A stretch of DNA of 64,000 nt from NCBI GenBank assembly GCA_947499975.1, contig CANMQE010000005.1:86773-150772 (forward strand). The letters run 5' to 3'. Every line of letters begins with the position of its first letter. The stretch's first letter is position 1. Origin of the DNA: an uncultured Sphingomonadaceae bacterium. GTDB lineage: Bacteria; Pseudomonadota; Alphaproteobacteria; Sphingomonadales; Sphingomonadaceae. Position numbers and translations under genes: made by a program. Under the pieces are notes generated by a model, which was given only the letters and a program-made list of their open reading frames with translations, was not told the DNA's origin and searched no databases. Positions 56,214 to 64,000 of this stretch are shown piece after piece.

Positions 56214-57449
56214 ATGAATTGGCGAATTGGTTGGGTGCCGTTTTCGGCGCTGCTCGTCGCTCAGACTGCGCAAGCGCAGTCGGTCGGCTATGAAGAAACC
56301 CTTGCGGCGGCGCGGGCGGAACAGCCCATGCTCGAAGCGGGCGCATTCCGCATACAGGCGAGGCGCGATGCCGCCGAAGCAGCGGACGAATTGCCCGACC
56401 CACGCGTTCGTGCAGGCGTGATGAACTTGCCGGCCACCGGACCGGCCGCATTTGATCCGTATGCGCAACTGCCGACGCAGCTAGCGGTTGGCGTCGAACA
56501 GGAAATTCCTAACCTTGCCAGGCGGCGAGCGCGATCCGGCCTTGCCGGGTCCGAAATCGGTATTGCCGAAGCCCGTCTTGGCTTGTCCGAACGTTCCATC
56601 CTCGCCGACGCGGGGACGGCTTGGATCGGTCTGTATTACGCCCAGCAACGCCTCGCTCTTGCGCGTAACGCTCTGGACGGCCTGAGGGATTTTGTTCCGG
56701 TCGCCGTCAGTGCCGTCGCTTCGGGATCGGCGAGGCCTGCCGAGAGCCTCGCGATCCGGCGCGAGCTTCTTGAAATCGAGGATGCCATTACCCGGATTGA
56801 GGCCGCGCGCGCAACCGCTCGCGCCCGGCTGCAGCGCTATATCGCCGAAAGCGAGCCTGTCGCTGCGGGGGCCGCTCCCCAAGCTACCTTGGACCCGGAA
56901 GGCCTTCGGTTCACGTTGGAGGCCAATCCGGAATTGCGCTTGGCGGATGCAGAGCAACGTCGTGCTGAGGCTGCAGCCAATCTGGCGCGCGCTGAAAAAC
57001 GGCCCGATTTCGGTGTCAGCGTGACTTATGGTCACCGTAATCCCGATTTCGGCAGTGCCGTATCGGTCATGGGATCGGTCACTTTGCCCATCTTCACCGA
57101 CAGGCGGCAGAACCCGCGCATCGCGGCAGCCGAAGCAGACGCTGCTGCCGCCTCGGCTGAGCGGGTCGATCGCCTGAGAGCGATCAGGGCCCGGTTCGAA
57201 GCCGATCTGGCTGCGTGGCGCAGCGCGGTGCAGCAGTGGGAACGTGCGAGGGACGAGCTACTACCGCTCGCGCATGACCGTGCCGAACTCGAAACCGCCA
57301 GCTTCGCTGCTGGCCGCGCCGACCTCGTTGATGTGATCGCGGCCAAATCTGCGCTGGCATTGCTCGAACTCGAGATTCTCGAACGCGAACAGATGGCTGT
57401 CGAAGCCGCTGCAACTCTAAGTCTTACTTATGGGGAGGACAGGCCATGA
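56214..57449 (+). CDS. cusC: outer-membrane efflux factor (TolC/CusC family)
   Basis: ORF 56184..57449 trimmed to ATG 56214 (MNWRIGWVPFSALLVAQTAQAQ). OEP repeats. Confidence 0.8.
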   Translation: MNWRIGWVPFSALLVAQTAQAQSVGYEETLAAARAEQPMLEAGAFRIQARRDAAEAADELPDPRVRAGVMNLPATGPAAFDPYAQLPTQLAVGVEQEIPNLARRRARSGLAGSEIGIAEARLGLSERSILADAGTAWIGLYYAQQRLALARNALDGLRDFVPVAVSAVASGSARPAESLAIRRELLEIEDAITRIEAARATARARLQRYIAESEPVAAGAAPQATLDPEGLRFTLEANPELRLADAEQRRAEAAANLARAEKRPDFGVSVTYGHRNPDFGSAVSVMGSVTLPIFTDRRQNPRIAAAEADAAAASAERVDRLRAIRARFEADLAAWRSAVQQWERARDELLPLAHDRAELETASFAAGRADLVDVIAAKSALALLELEILEREQMAVEAAATLSLTYGEDRP

Positions 57450-58957
57450 AAGCCGTGTTCGAACGTCTTTCTCCGCGCCAGCGCTCTTATGCAGCGGCGG
57501 CCGGTATTGCCTTGGTCAGCCTAGGGGCTGGCTACGGTCTGTCGATGCTCGGCGGCGGTAGCGATGGCGGTGACGCCGCTGCCGATACCGGCTGCGAAGA
57601 AGTGCTCTACTGGTACGATCCGATGGTGCCCGATCAGCGCTTCGACGAGCCGGGCAAATCCCCCTTTATGGATATGCAGCTGGTCCCGAAATGCGCGGGC
57701 GGTGATGCGCAGGCCGGCGAGGGTGTCAGCATCGATTCCGCATTGGTCCAGAACTTCGGCATTCGCACTGCCGAGGCCGAATACGGCGTGCTGGAACCGG
57801 AAACCACGGTAACTGGCACGCTTGCCTACAATGGCAGCGAGGTTGCGATCGTCCAGCCTCGCGCGGGCGGCTATGTTCAGCGGACTTATGGCCACGCCCC
57901 GCAGGATCTTATCGCACGAGGCGCGCCAATCGTCGACCTGCTGGTGCCCGAGTGGGGCGGCGCCCAGCAGGAATTTCTTGCCGTAGCAGCTACCGGCGAC
58001 GCGGCGCTTACCAATGCTGCCCGTCAACGTCTGCGACTGCTTGGGATGCCGGAAGGCGTGATCTCCTCGGTGGCTCGAAGCGGCAGACCGCAATCGACAA
58101 TCACTGTCACCGCGCCGCAATCGGGTGCGATTACCTCGCTCGGTGTCAGGCCGGGCATGACCGTGATGGCAGGGCAAAGCCTCGCCGAGATCAGCGGCTA
58201 TAGCCCAATCTGGCTCGAAGCCGCCGTGCCCGAGGCGCTTGCGGGAAGCGCTCGCGTGGGACAGCCGGTAAGCGCGACGCTCACGGCTTTTCCCGGAGAG
58301 CGATTTGCCGGACGGATCATTGCCATCCTGCCCAGTGCGCAGGAGGCAAGCAGGACGATTACCGTGCGCGCGGCGATGCCCAACCCCGGGCTTCGCCTGA
58401 AACCGGGCATGTTTGCGCAGGTCATGATTGCTCCTGAACGGCGTGAAGCCTTGCTCATCCCGTCAGAGGCCGTGATCCGCACCGGCGAACGAACCTTGGT
58501 TATGATTACCCAAGAGGGCGGAGGATACCGCCCGGCCGAAGTCCGGATCGGCCGAGAAGCAGGCGGTCGGACCGAGGTTCTCGCAGGGCTCGCGGCAGGC
58601 GAGGAGGTCGTAACCTCCGGCCAGTTCCTGCTCGATTCCGAAGCGAGTCTCGCGGGTATCCATGTGCGTTCCATCGAGGACGCACCGACGACTGCCGGTG
58701 AAAACGAAACGCAGGCGGATGCGGACGAACCGCGCACCTATCGAGCCACCGGCACGATCGAACGCATCACTGCCCGCAGCATCACCTTGCGGCACGGGCC
58801 GGTCAAAGCTCTGGACTGGCCAGCCATGACGATGGGTTTTGCCACTGAAGGTCCGGCTCAGGTTCGCGGTTTCCAACGCGGTGATCGGGTAACCTTTACC
58901 TTCGTTCAGGCAAGCACCGGTCCGCGCATCGTCTCGATCCGGAAGACCGGCCAATGA
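57446..58957 (+). CDS. cusB: RND adaptor (CusB-like) with an N-terminal metal-binding segment and a fused C-terminal CusF-like domain
   Basis: ATGA overlap with cus[28 protein letters not shown] near the N-terminus. The C-terminal 70 aa contain GTIERI...[10 protein letters not shown], paralleling the stand-alone CusF. Confidence 0.8.
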   Translation: MKAVFERLSPRQRSYAAAAGIALVSLGAGYGLSMLGGGSDGGDAAADTGCEEVLYWYDPMVPDQRFDEPGKSPFMDMQLVPKCAGGDAQAGEGVSIDSALVQNFGIRTAEAEYGVLEPETTVTGTLAYNGSEVAIVQPRAGGYVQRTYGHAPQDLIARGAPIVDLLVPEWGGAQQEFLAVAATGDAALTNAARQRLRLLGMPEGVISSVARSGRPQSTITVTAPQSGAITSLGVRPGMTVMAGQSLAEISGYSPIWLEAAVPEALAGSARVGQPVSATLTAFPGERFAGRIIAILPSAQEASRTITVRAAMPNPGLRLKPGMFAQVMIAPERREALLIPSEAVIRTGERTLVMITQEGGGYRPAEVRIGREAGGRTEVLAGLAAGEEVVTSGQFLLDSEASLAGIHVRSIEDAPTTAGENETQADADEPRTYRATGTIERITARSITLRHGPVKALDWPAMTMGFATEGPAQVRGFQRGDRVTFTFVQASTGPRIVSIRKTGQ

Positions 58958-61900
58958 TCGCGCGGATCATTGAAAGTTCGATTGCCAACCGCCTGTTCGT
59001 GGTTCTGGCGGCGATCGGTCTGGCGCTCGCCGGCTTCTGGGCCGTGCGGACCACTCCTGTCGATGCGCTGCCCGATTTGTCGGATGTACAGGTTGTCATC
59101 CGCTCGAACTATGCCGGGCAGGCTCCGCGTATCGTCGAGGACCAGGTCACCTATCCGCTGGCGACGACCATGCTCTCGGTACCGGGGGCGAAGACCGTGC
59201 GTGGCTATTCGTTTTTCGGCGATAGCTATGTCTATGTGATTTTCGAGGACGGGACCGATCTCTACTGGGCGCGCTCGCGCGTGCTCGAATACCTCAACCA
59301 GGTCCAGAACCGCTTGCCCGAAGGCGTCGAGAGCACGCTCGGCCCCGACGCAACCGGCGTGGGATGGATCTACGAATACGCCTTGATCGACCGCAGCGGC
59401 GGCCACGATCTGGCCGGACTGCGCAGCCTGCAGGACTGGTTCCTGCGCTACGAGCTGAAGACTATACCTGGGATCGCCGAGGTCGCCAGTGTGGGCGGCA
59501 TGGTCAAGCAGTACCAGATCGTGCTCGACCCCTACCGCATGGCTTCCTTCGGAGTGACCCACGGCCAAATCGTGAGCGCGATCCAGGCAGGCAACCAGGA
59601 GGCAGGCGGTTCCATCGTCGAGATGGGCGAAGCGGAATTCATGGTGCGTTCGTCGGGCTATCTCGGCAGTCTCGATGATTTCCGCTCGATCCCTTTGCGC
59701 GCCGAAGCGGGCGGTGTGCCGGTGACGCTTGGCGATGTCGCCAATGTGCAAATCGGCCCCGAACTGCGCCGCGGTATCGCCGAGCTGAACGGCCAGGGCG
59801 AAGTCGCAGGCGGCATCGTCATTCTGCGGCAAGGCGCCGACGCGCGCGGTGCGATCGAGGCGGTCGAAGCGAAGCTCGACCAGTTGCAGGCAAGCCTGCC
59901 CGAAGGGGTCGAGATCGTCACCACCTATGACCGATCGCAGTTGATCGATGCCTCAGTCGATAACCTCACGACCAAGCTGATCGAGGAATTCGTCGTCGTT
60001 GCGCTCGTGTGCCTGTTGTTCTTGGGGCACGCCCGTTCTGCGCTGGTCGCCGTGGTCACCTTGCCCTTGGGCGTTCTGGCAGCCTTTCTGGTGATGCGCT
60101 TCCAGGGCGTGAACGCCAACATCATGTCGCTTGGCGGCATCGCCATTGCGATCGGCGCGATGGTCGATGCTGCGGTGGTGATGATCGAGAACGCGCACAA
60201 GCACATCGAGCGATGGACCGAGGAAAATCCCGATACGGTTATGTCGGGTGAGGAGCGCTGGCGGATCGTCGCAGATGCTTCCAAGGAAGTCGGTCCGGCG
60301 CTGTTTTTCAGCCTGCTGATTATCACCCTTTCGTTCCTGCCGGTCTTCACTTTGCAGGCACAGGAGGGACGACTCTTCGCTCCGCTGGCCTTTACCAAGA
60401 CCTATGCGATGGCGGCGGCGGCGATCCTGTCGGTCACGCTGGTTCCAGTGCTGATGGGATGGCTGATCCGCGGCAAGATACCGAGGGAAGACAGCAATCC
60501 GATCAACAAGACGCTTACTCGCGCCTATCGTCCGGGGCTCGACTGGGTGATGCGGCGTCCGAAGGCGACGCTGGTCATTGCTGGGCTGATCTTCGCGACG
60601 ACGCTAGTGCCTTTCACGCGGCTGGGCGGCGAATTCCTGCCTCCTCTCGATGAAGGCGATTTGCTTTACATGCCAAGCGCGCTTCCTGGGCTGTCGCCTG
60701 GTGAGGCATCATCCCTGCTTCAGCGGACAGACCGCCTGATCAAGACAGTTCCCGAGGTCGACACCGTTTTCGGCAAGGCCGGCCGCGCTGATACGGCCAC
60801 CGATCCCGCGCCGCTGACGATGTTCGAGACGACGATCAGCTTCAAACCGCGCGAGGAATGGCGCGAGGGGATGACGCCTGACAAGCTGGTCGAGGAGCTC
60901 GACCGCGTGGTCCGGGTTCCAGGCCTTGCCAATGTCTGGGTGCCCCCAATCCGCAACCGTATCGATATGCTCGCGACGGGCATCAAGAGCCCCATCGGGG
61001 TCAAGGTCTCGGGCGAGGACCTGGGCGAAATCGAACGCGTGGCGCTTCAGGTCGAGCAGATTGCCAAGCAGGTGCCAGGCGTCAGTTCGGCGCTGGCCGA
61101 AAGGCTGTCCGGCGGGCGCTATGTCGATGTCGATATCGATCGCATGGAAGCGGCCCGTTACGGGCTCAACATAGCCGATGTGCAGCAGATCGTGTCGGGC
61201 GCGATCGGCGGAGCGAATGTTGCGCGCACGGTGGAGGGGCTGGCCCGCTATCCGGTCAATGTCCGCTATCCGCGCGAGATCCGCGACAGCGTCGATGAAC
61301 TGCGCAATCTTCCGGTCCTGACCCCTGCGGGACAGCAGATCACGCTTGGCACGGTGGCGGATGTTCGCGTGACCAGCGGTCCGCCCATGCTCAAGAGCGA
61401 GCAGGGCAGGCCGACCAGCTATGTCTATGTCGATGTACGCGGGCGCGACCTTACCTCGGTGGTGGGCGATTTGCAGGAGGCTATCGACGCCGAGGTCGAT
61501 CTGCCTGCCGGCGTCAGTCTGTCCTATGCAGGGCAGTTCGAATATCTGACGCGCGCCTACGAGCGGTTGCAGATCGTCGTGCCGGCAACACTCGCGATCA
61601 TCTTCCTGCTGCTCTATCTGATCTTCCGCCGCTTCGACGAGGCGCTGCTAATCATGGGCACGCTACCCTTCGCGCTGACCGGCGGGTTCTGGCTGCTCTA
61701 CCTTATGGGATACAACCAGTCCGTCGCCACCGCCGTCGGGTTCATTGCGCTGGCAGGCGTCTCGGCGGAATTCGGCGTGGTCATGCTGATCTACCTGAAG
61801 GCCGCGCTGGAACGGAGAGAGGGCGAGCTATATGCCGACGAGGTATCGGCAGCCATCCGCGAAGGCGCGCTGCTGCGCGTCCGGCCCAAGGCGATGACCG

Positions 61901-62121
61901 TCGCCGTTATCCTCGCCGGCCTGTTCCCGATCCTGATCGGCACCGGTGCCGGATCCGAGGTGATGAGCCGTATTGCGGCCCCGATGATCGGCGGGATGAT
62001 CACCGCTCCGCTGCTTTCAATGTTCGTACTTCCCGCCGCCTATCTGATGATGCGGCGTCCCCGGACCAATCGGTCCAAACCCCTCGAAGGAGAAGAAGAA
62101 TGCGTATTACAACCCTCGTGA
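58954..62121 (+). CDS. cusA: Cu(I)/Ag(I)-type heavy-metal efflux RND pump, CusA-like
   Basis: 1055 aa. The TM4 motif [20 protein letters not shown] is typical of the monovalent HME class. ATGA overlap with cusB. Confidence 0.85.
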   Translation: MIARIIESSIANRLFVVLAAIGLALAGFWAVRTTPVDALPDLSDVQVVIRSNYAGQAPRIVEDQVTYPLATTMLSVPGAKTVRGYSFFGDSYVYVIFEDGTDLYWARSRVLEYLNQVQNRLPEGVESTLGPDATGVGWIYEYALIDRSGGHDLAGLRSLQDWFLRYELKTIPGIAEVASVGGMVKQYQIVLDPYRMASFGVTHGQIVSAIQAGNQEAGGSIVEMGEAEFMVRSSGYLGSLDDFRSIPLRAEAGGVPVTLGDVANVQIGPELRRGIAELNGQGEVAGGIVILRQGADARGAIEAVEAKLDQLQASLPEGVEIVTTYDRSQLIDASVDNLTTKLIEEFVVVALVCLLFLGHARSALVAVVTLPLGVLAAFLVMRFQGVNANIMSLGGIAIAIGAMVDAAVVMIENAHKHIERWTEENPDTVMSGEERWRIVADASKEVGPALFFSLLIITLSFLPVFTLQAQEGRLFAPLAFTKTYAMAAAAILSVTLVPVLMGWLIRGKIPREDSNPINKTLTRAYRPGLDWVMRRPKATLVIAGLIFATTLVPFTRLGGEFLPPLDEGDLLYMPSALPGLSPGEASSLLQRTDRLIKTVPEVDTVFGKAGRADTATDPAPLTMFETTISFKPREEWREGMTPDKLVEELDRVVRVPGLANVWVPPIRNRIDMLATGIKSPIGVKVSGEDLGEIERVALQVEQIAKQVPGVSSALAERLSGGRYVDVDIDRMEAARYGLNIADVQQIVSGAIGGANVARTVEGLARYPVNVRYPREIRDSVDELRNLPVLTPAGQQITLGTVADVRVTSGPPMLKSEQGRPTSYVYVDVRGRDLTSVVGDLQEAIDAEVDLPAGVSLSYAGQFEYLTRAYERLQIVVPATLAIIFLLLYLIFRRFDEALLIMGTLPFALTGGFWLLYLMGYNQSVATAVGFIALAGVSAEFGVVMLIYLKAALERREGELYADEVSAAIREGALLRVRPKAMTVAVILAGLFPILIGTGAGSEVMSRIAAPMIGGMITAPLLSMFVLPAAYLMMRRPRTNRSKPLEGEEECVLQPS

Positions 62122-62498
62122 CCTTGCTGGCAGCGCCGCTGGCACTCGCCGCCTGTGGCTCCGGCGACGATACCGAAATGATGGACGACACGGCCATGGC
62201 AGACGGTCAGATGGCAGACGGTCAGATGCCGATGGACGATGGCGATATGCCGATGATGGGATCGGACAGCACGATGCAGACCGCCAGTGCGGAAGGAACC
62301 GTAACCGCCATCGACGCCGATGCAGGAACGATCACTGTCGATCACGGCGCTGTCCCCGCGATCGAGTGGCCCGCCATGACGATGGCGTTCGACGCCGACG
62401 AGCAGCTGCGTCAGGATGTGGCGGTTGGTGACACGATCTCGTTCGACTTCACAACCGGTGAAGGCGGAAACACGATCACTTCGATCACCAAGCAGTAA
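62100..62498 (+). CDS. cusF: CusF-like periplasmic copper-binding lipoprotein with a Met/Asp-rich linker
   Basis: Lipobox LALAAC, Met-rich stretch [28 protein letters not shown], and a CusF core EGTVTAID...[10 protein letters not shown]. The start overlaps the cusA end by 22 nt and is preceded by AAGGAGAAG. Confidence 0.8.
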   Translation: MRITTLVTLLAAPLALAACGSGDDTEMMDDTAMADGQMADGQMPMDDGDMPMMGSDSTMQTASAEGTVTAIDADAGTITVDHGAVPAIEWPAMTMAFDADEQLRQDVAVGDTISFDFTTGEGGNTITSITKQ

Positions 62499-62506
62499 TT
62501 TGCGAA

Positions 62507-62534
62507 CCGGCCCCGGATCGTATTCCGGGGCCGG
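62507..62534 (+). terminator. hairpin after cusF
   Basis: CCGGCCCCGGA-tcgtat-TCCGGGGCCGG followed by TATAATT. Confidence 0.5.
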
Positions 62535-62553
62535 TATAATTAGGAAAAGTTCG

Positions 62554-62673
62554 ATGATGAATGGTGACATGCCAGCGGCCATGATGGGGATAATGGGTTT
62601 GTTCTGCTTATTGCTGACCATCCTTCTTGTGTTGGGCATCGCTGCGCTGATCAAATATCTCCGGAGCAAGTGA
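62554..62673 (+). CDS. 39-aa Met-rich single-TM peptide, function unknown
   Basis: MMNGDMPAAMMGIMGLFCLLLTILLVLGIAALIKYLRSK. Its stop lies 1 nt before the oxidase ATG (TGAAATG), which suggests coupling. Confidence 0.5.
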   Translation: MMNGDMPAAMMGIMGLFCLLLTILLVLGIAALIKYLRSK

Positions 62674-62674
62674 A

Positions 62675-64000
62675 ATGGACCAGTGGGCGAACGCATCCGG
62701 CCTTAACCGACGTGCCTTGCTGCGACGGGCTGGCACAGCGGCGGCGGGCCTTGTGGCTCTTCCCTTGTCAGCGTGCGAAGCGCGAAATTCCCTACTTGGT
62801 GCCGATGGAGCCGGCACCAATCCGCTCGCCATTCCCAAGCTCGATCAGGGAATTGTCGAGCAAGGCGAACGGGTCTTTCGACTGTCGATATCCGCGGGGC
62901 AGAAGGACTTCGCTCCCGGGGTCGCTTCGCCTACCATCGGAGTGAACGCGCCCTATCTGGGTCCGACATTGGAGATGCGCCGCGGCGAGCGCGTCCGGCT
63001 GCATGTCGACAACGGCCTGGACGATGGAGCCACAGTCCACTGGCACGGGTTCGAACTACCCGCCGCTGCGGACGGCGGGCCGCACCAGCTTATCCGCCCC
63101 GGCGCGCGCTGGAGCCCGTCTTTCGAAGTTCGGCAGCGTGCCTCTCTCTACTGGTATCACTCGCACCTGATCGCGGCACGGGACCGCAGGTCTATGCTGG
63201 TCTTGCCGCACCGATCTATGTCCGCGATGATGAAGAGGATGCGCTGGATCTGCCGAGCGAATACGGCGTGGATGATATTCCGCTTATCGTTCAGGACCGC
63301 TTGCTCGATAGCTCGGGCAAGCTCCTCTATCCGCAGAATATGCATGCACAAATGATGGGCGTGCGCGGGGATCGTCTCTACGTCAATGGCACGCAAAACG
63401 CGGTGTTTGAAGCGCGGACCGGCCTGTTACGTTTGCGGATCCTCAATGGATCGAACGCTCGTTTCTACGATTTCTCGCTGTCCGGCGGTCAGACAATGAA
63501 GCTCATCGCAAGCGATGGTGGCTTGCTGGACCGTCCGCATGCGGTCCGTTCGCTCAGGCTCGCACCGGGGGAGCGGGCGCAGATCGTCGTCGATCTTTCC
63601 GAGGGGCGCCCACTCAGCCTTGTGGCGACCAGTCCCGACAATTCGATGGGAATGATGGGCGATGGCGCCGGCATGATGGGCGGCGGTATGATGGGCCGAC
63701 GCCGCGACGACACCGAGATGGACGAGCCGTTCCGCGTCCTCGATATCAGACCCTCTGACTCCTCGCGGCGAAAGAATCTGCCGCCGCAGCTTGCCGCGCT
63801 ACCGGCACTCGACCCCTCACTTGCAGTGCGAACCCGGCGGTTCGTGCTCGATATGGGAATGATGGGCGGCGGGATGTCTATCAATGGTGCCAGCATGGAC
63901 ATGAATGTGATCAACGAGAGGGTGCCCGTCGGCCAGTGGGAAATCTGGGAAATCGCCAATGCCTCCATGAGGGCGCATCCCTTTCATATTCATAATGCAC
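62675..64000 (+). pseudogene. multicopper oxidase (CueO/CopA-like), Tat signal, apparent frameshift near 63167-63172; 3' end beyond the window
   Basis: Tat motif NRRALLRRAG plus lipobox LSAC. TVHWHGFELP and YWYHSH are in frame 2. The sequence then continues without stops only in frame 1: TGPQVYAGLAAPIYVRDDEED...PLIVQDR...NGSNARFYDF...Met-rich MGMMGDGAGMMGGGMMG...HPFHIHN. Confidence 0.65.

Larger units (their letters stand above)
44932..64000. mobile_element. integrated genomic island (heavy-metal resistance cargo); left end at the tRNA-Val remnant, right end not reached in the window
   Basis: A tRNA 3' fragment sits next to a tyrosine integrase. The DNA at 44.98-48.2 kb is visibly more AT-rich. 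The gene content switches from housekeeping to metal efflux. Confidence 0.65.

Noticed and set aside
62416-62553. Longer 85-aa form of the small peptide ORF
   Set aside because: The upstream part overlaps the cusF coding region and the terminator hairpin. The Met-rich TM peptide starting at 62554 is the plausible unit.
63160-63190. Programmed ribosomal frameshift in the multicopper oxidase
   Set aside because: There is no X_XXY_YYZ slippery site or downstream pseudoknot. A single-base indel (mutation or sequencing error) is the simpler explanation.

Overview
This is a high-GC alphaproteobacterial chromosome segment. The gene content (RcdA/DUF1465, paired DUF465 genes, PtsP-Ntr, RodZ, CpoB-TilS, several TonB-dependent receptors, a zwf-edd-glk-eda operon) suggests Sphingomonadales, but that is an inference and not verified. 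Positions 1 to about 44.9 kb are tightly packed core genes: lipB, nadA, a BCCT transporter, a TonB-dependent receptor followed by a TPR-sulfotransferase, glpK, ptsP, rodZ-like, cpoB, tilS, a PEP-carboxylase-like gene translationally coupled to the Entner-Doudoroff operon, two secreted amidohydrolases, rimO, surE and serS. At 44932-44983 only the 3' part of a tRNA-Val(CAC) gene is present (anticodon arm to CCA, no 5' half). It is followed by more AT-rich DNA and a tyrosine integrase at 45115-46290. I read this as the left junction of an integrated genomic island that runs to the window end and probably beyond. The island cargo is heavy-metal resistance: (1) a MerR regulator with a perfect palindromic operator, a short CDF transporter and a DUF3703 gene; (2) a small secreted Cys/His protein, czcCBA-like RND genes, a second short CDF and a Cys-doublet-rich CBS protein; (3) a small secreted Cys protein, cusCBA-like RND genes, CusF, a 39-aa membrane peptide and a frameshifted multicopper oxidase. 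No rRNA, CRISPR array, IS element or recognisable defence system was seen. The items most worth follow-up are in the island: the small uncharacterised proteins paired with each efflux module, the CDFs that lack a C-terminal domain with their partner proteins, and the att junction. In the core, the points of note are a divergent PEPC-like gene fused into the ED operon, an AT-rich tract upstream of a TonB receptor, a 12-bp tandem repeat array, and repeated convergent stop-codon sharing. All start codons are manual estimates. GC values were judged by eye and not computed.
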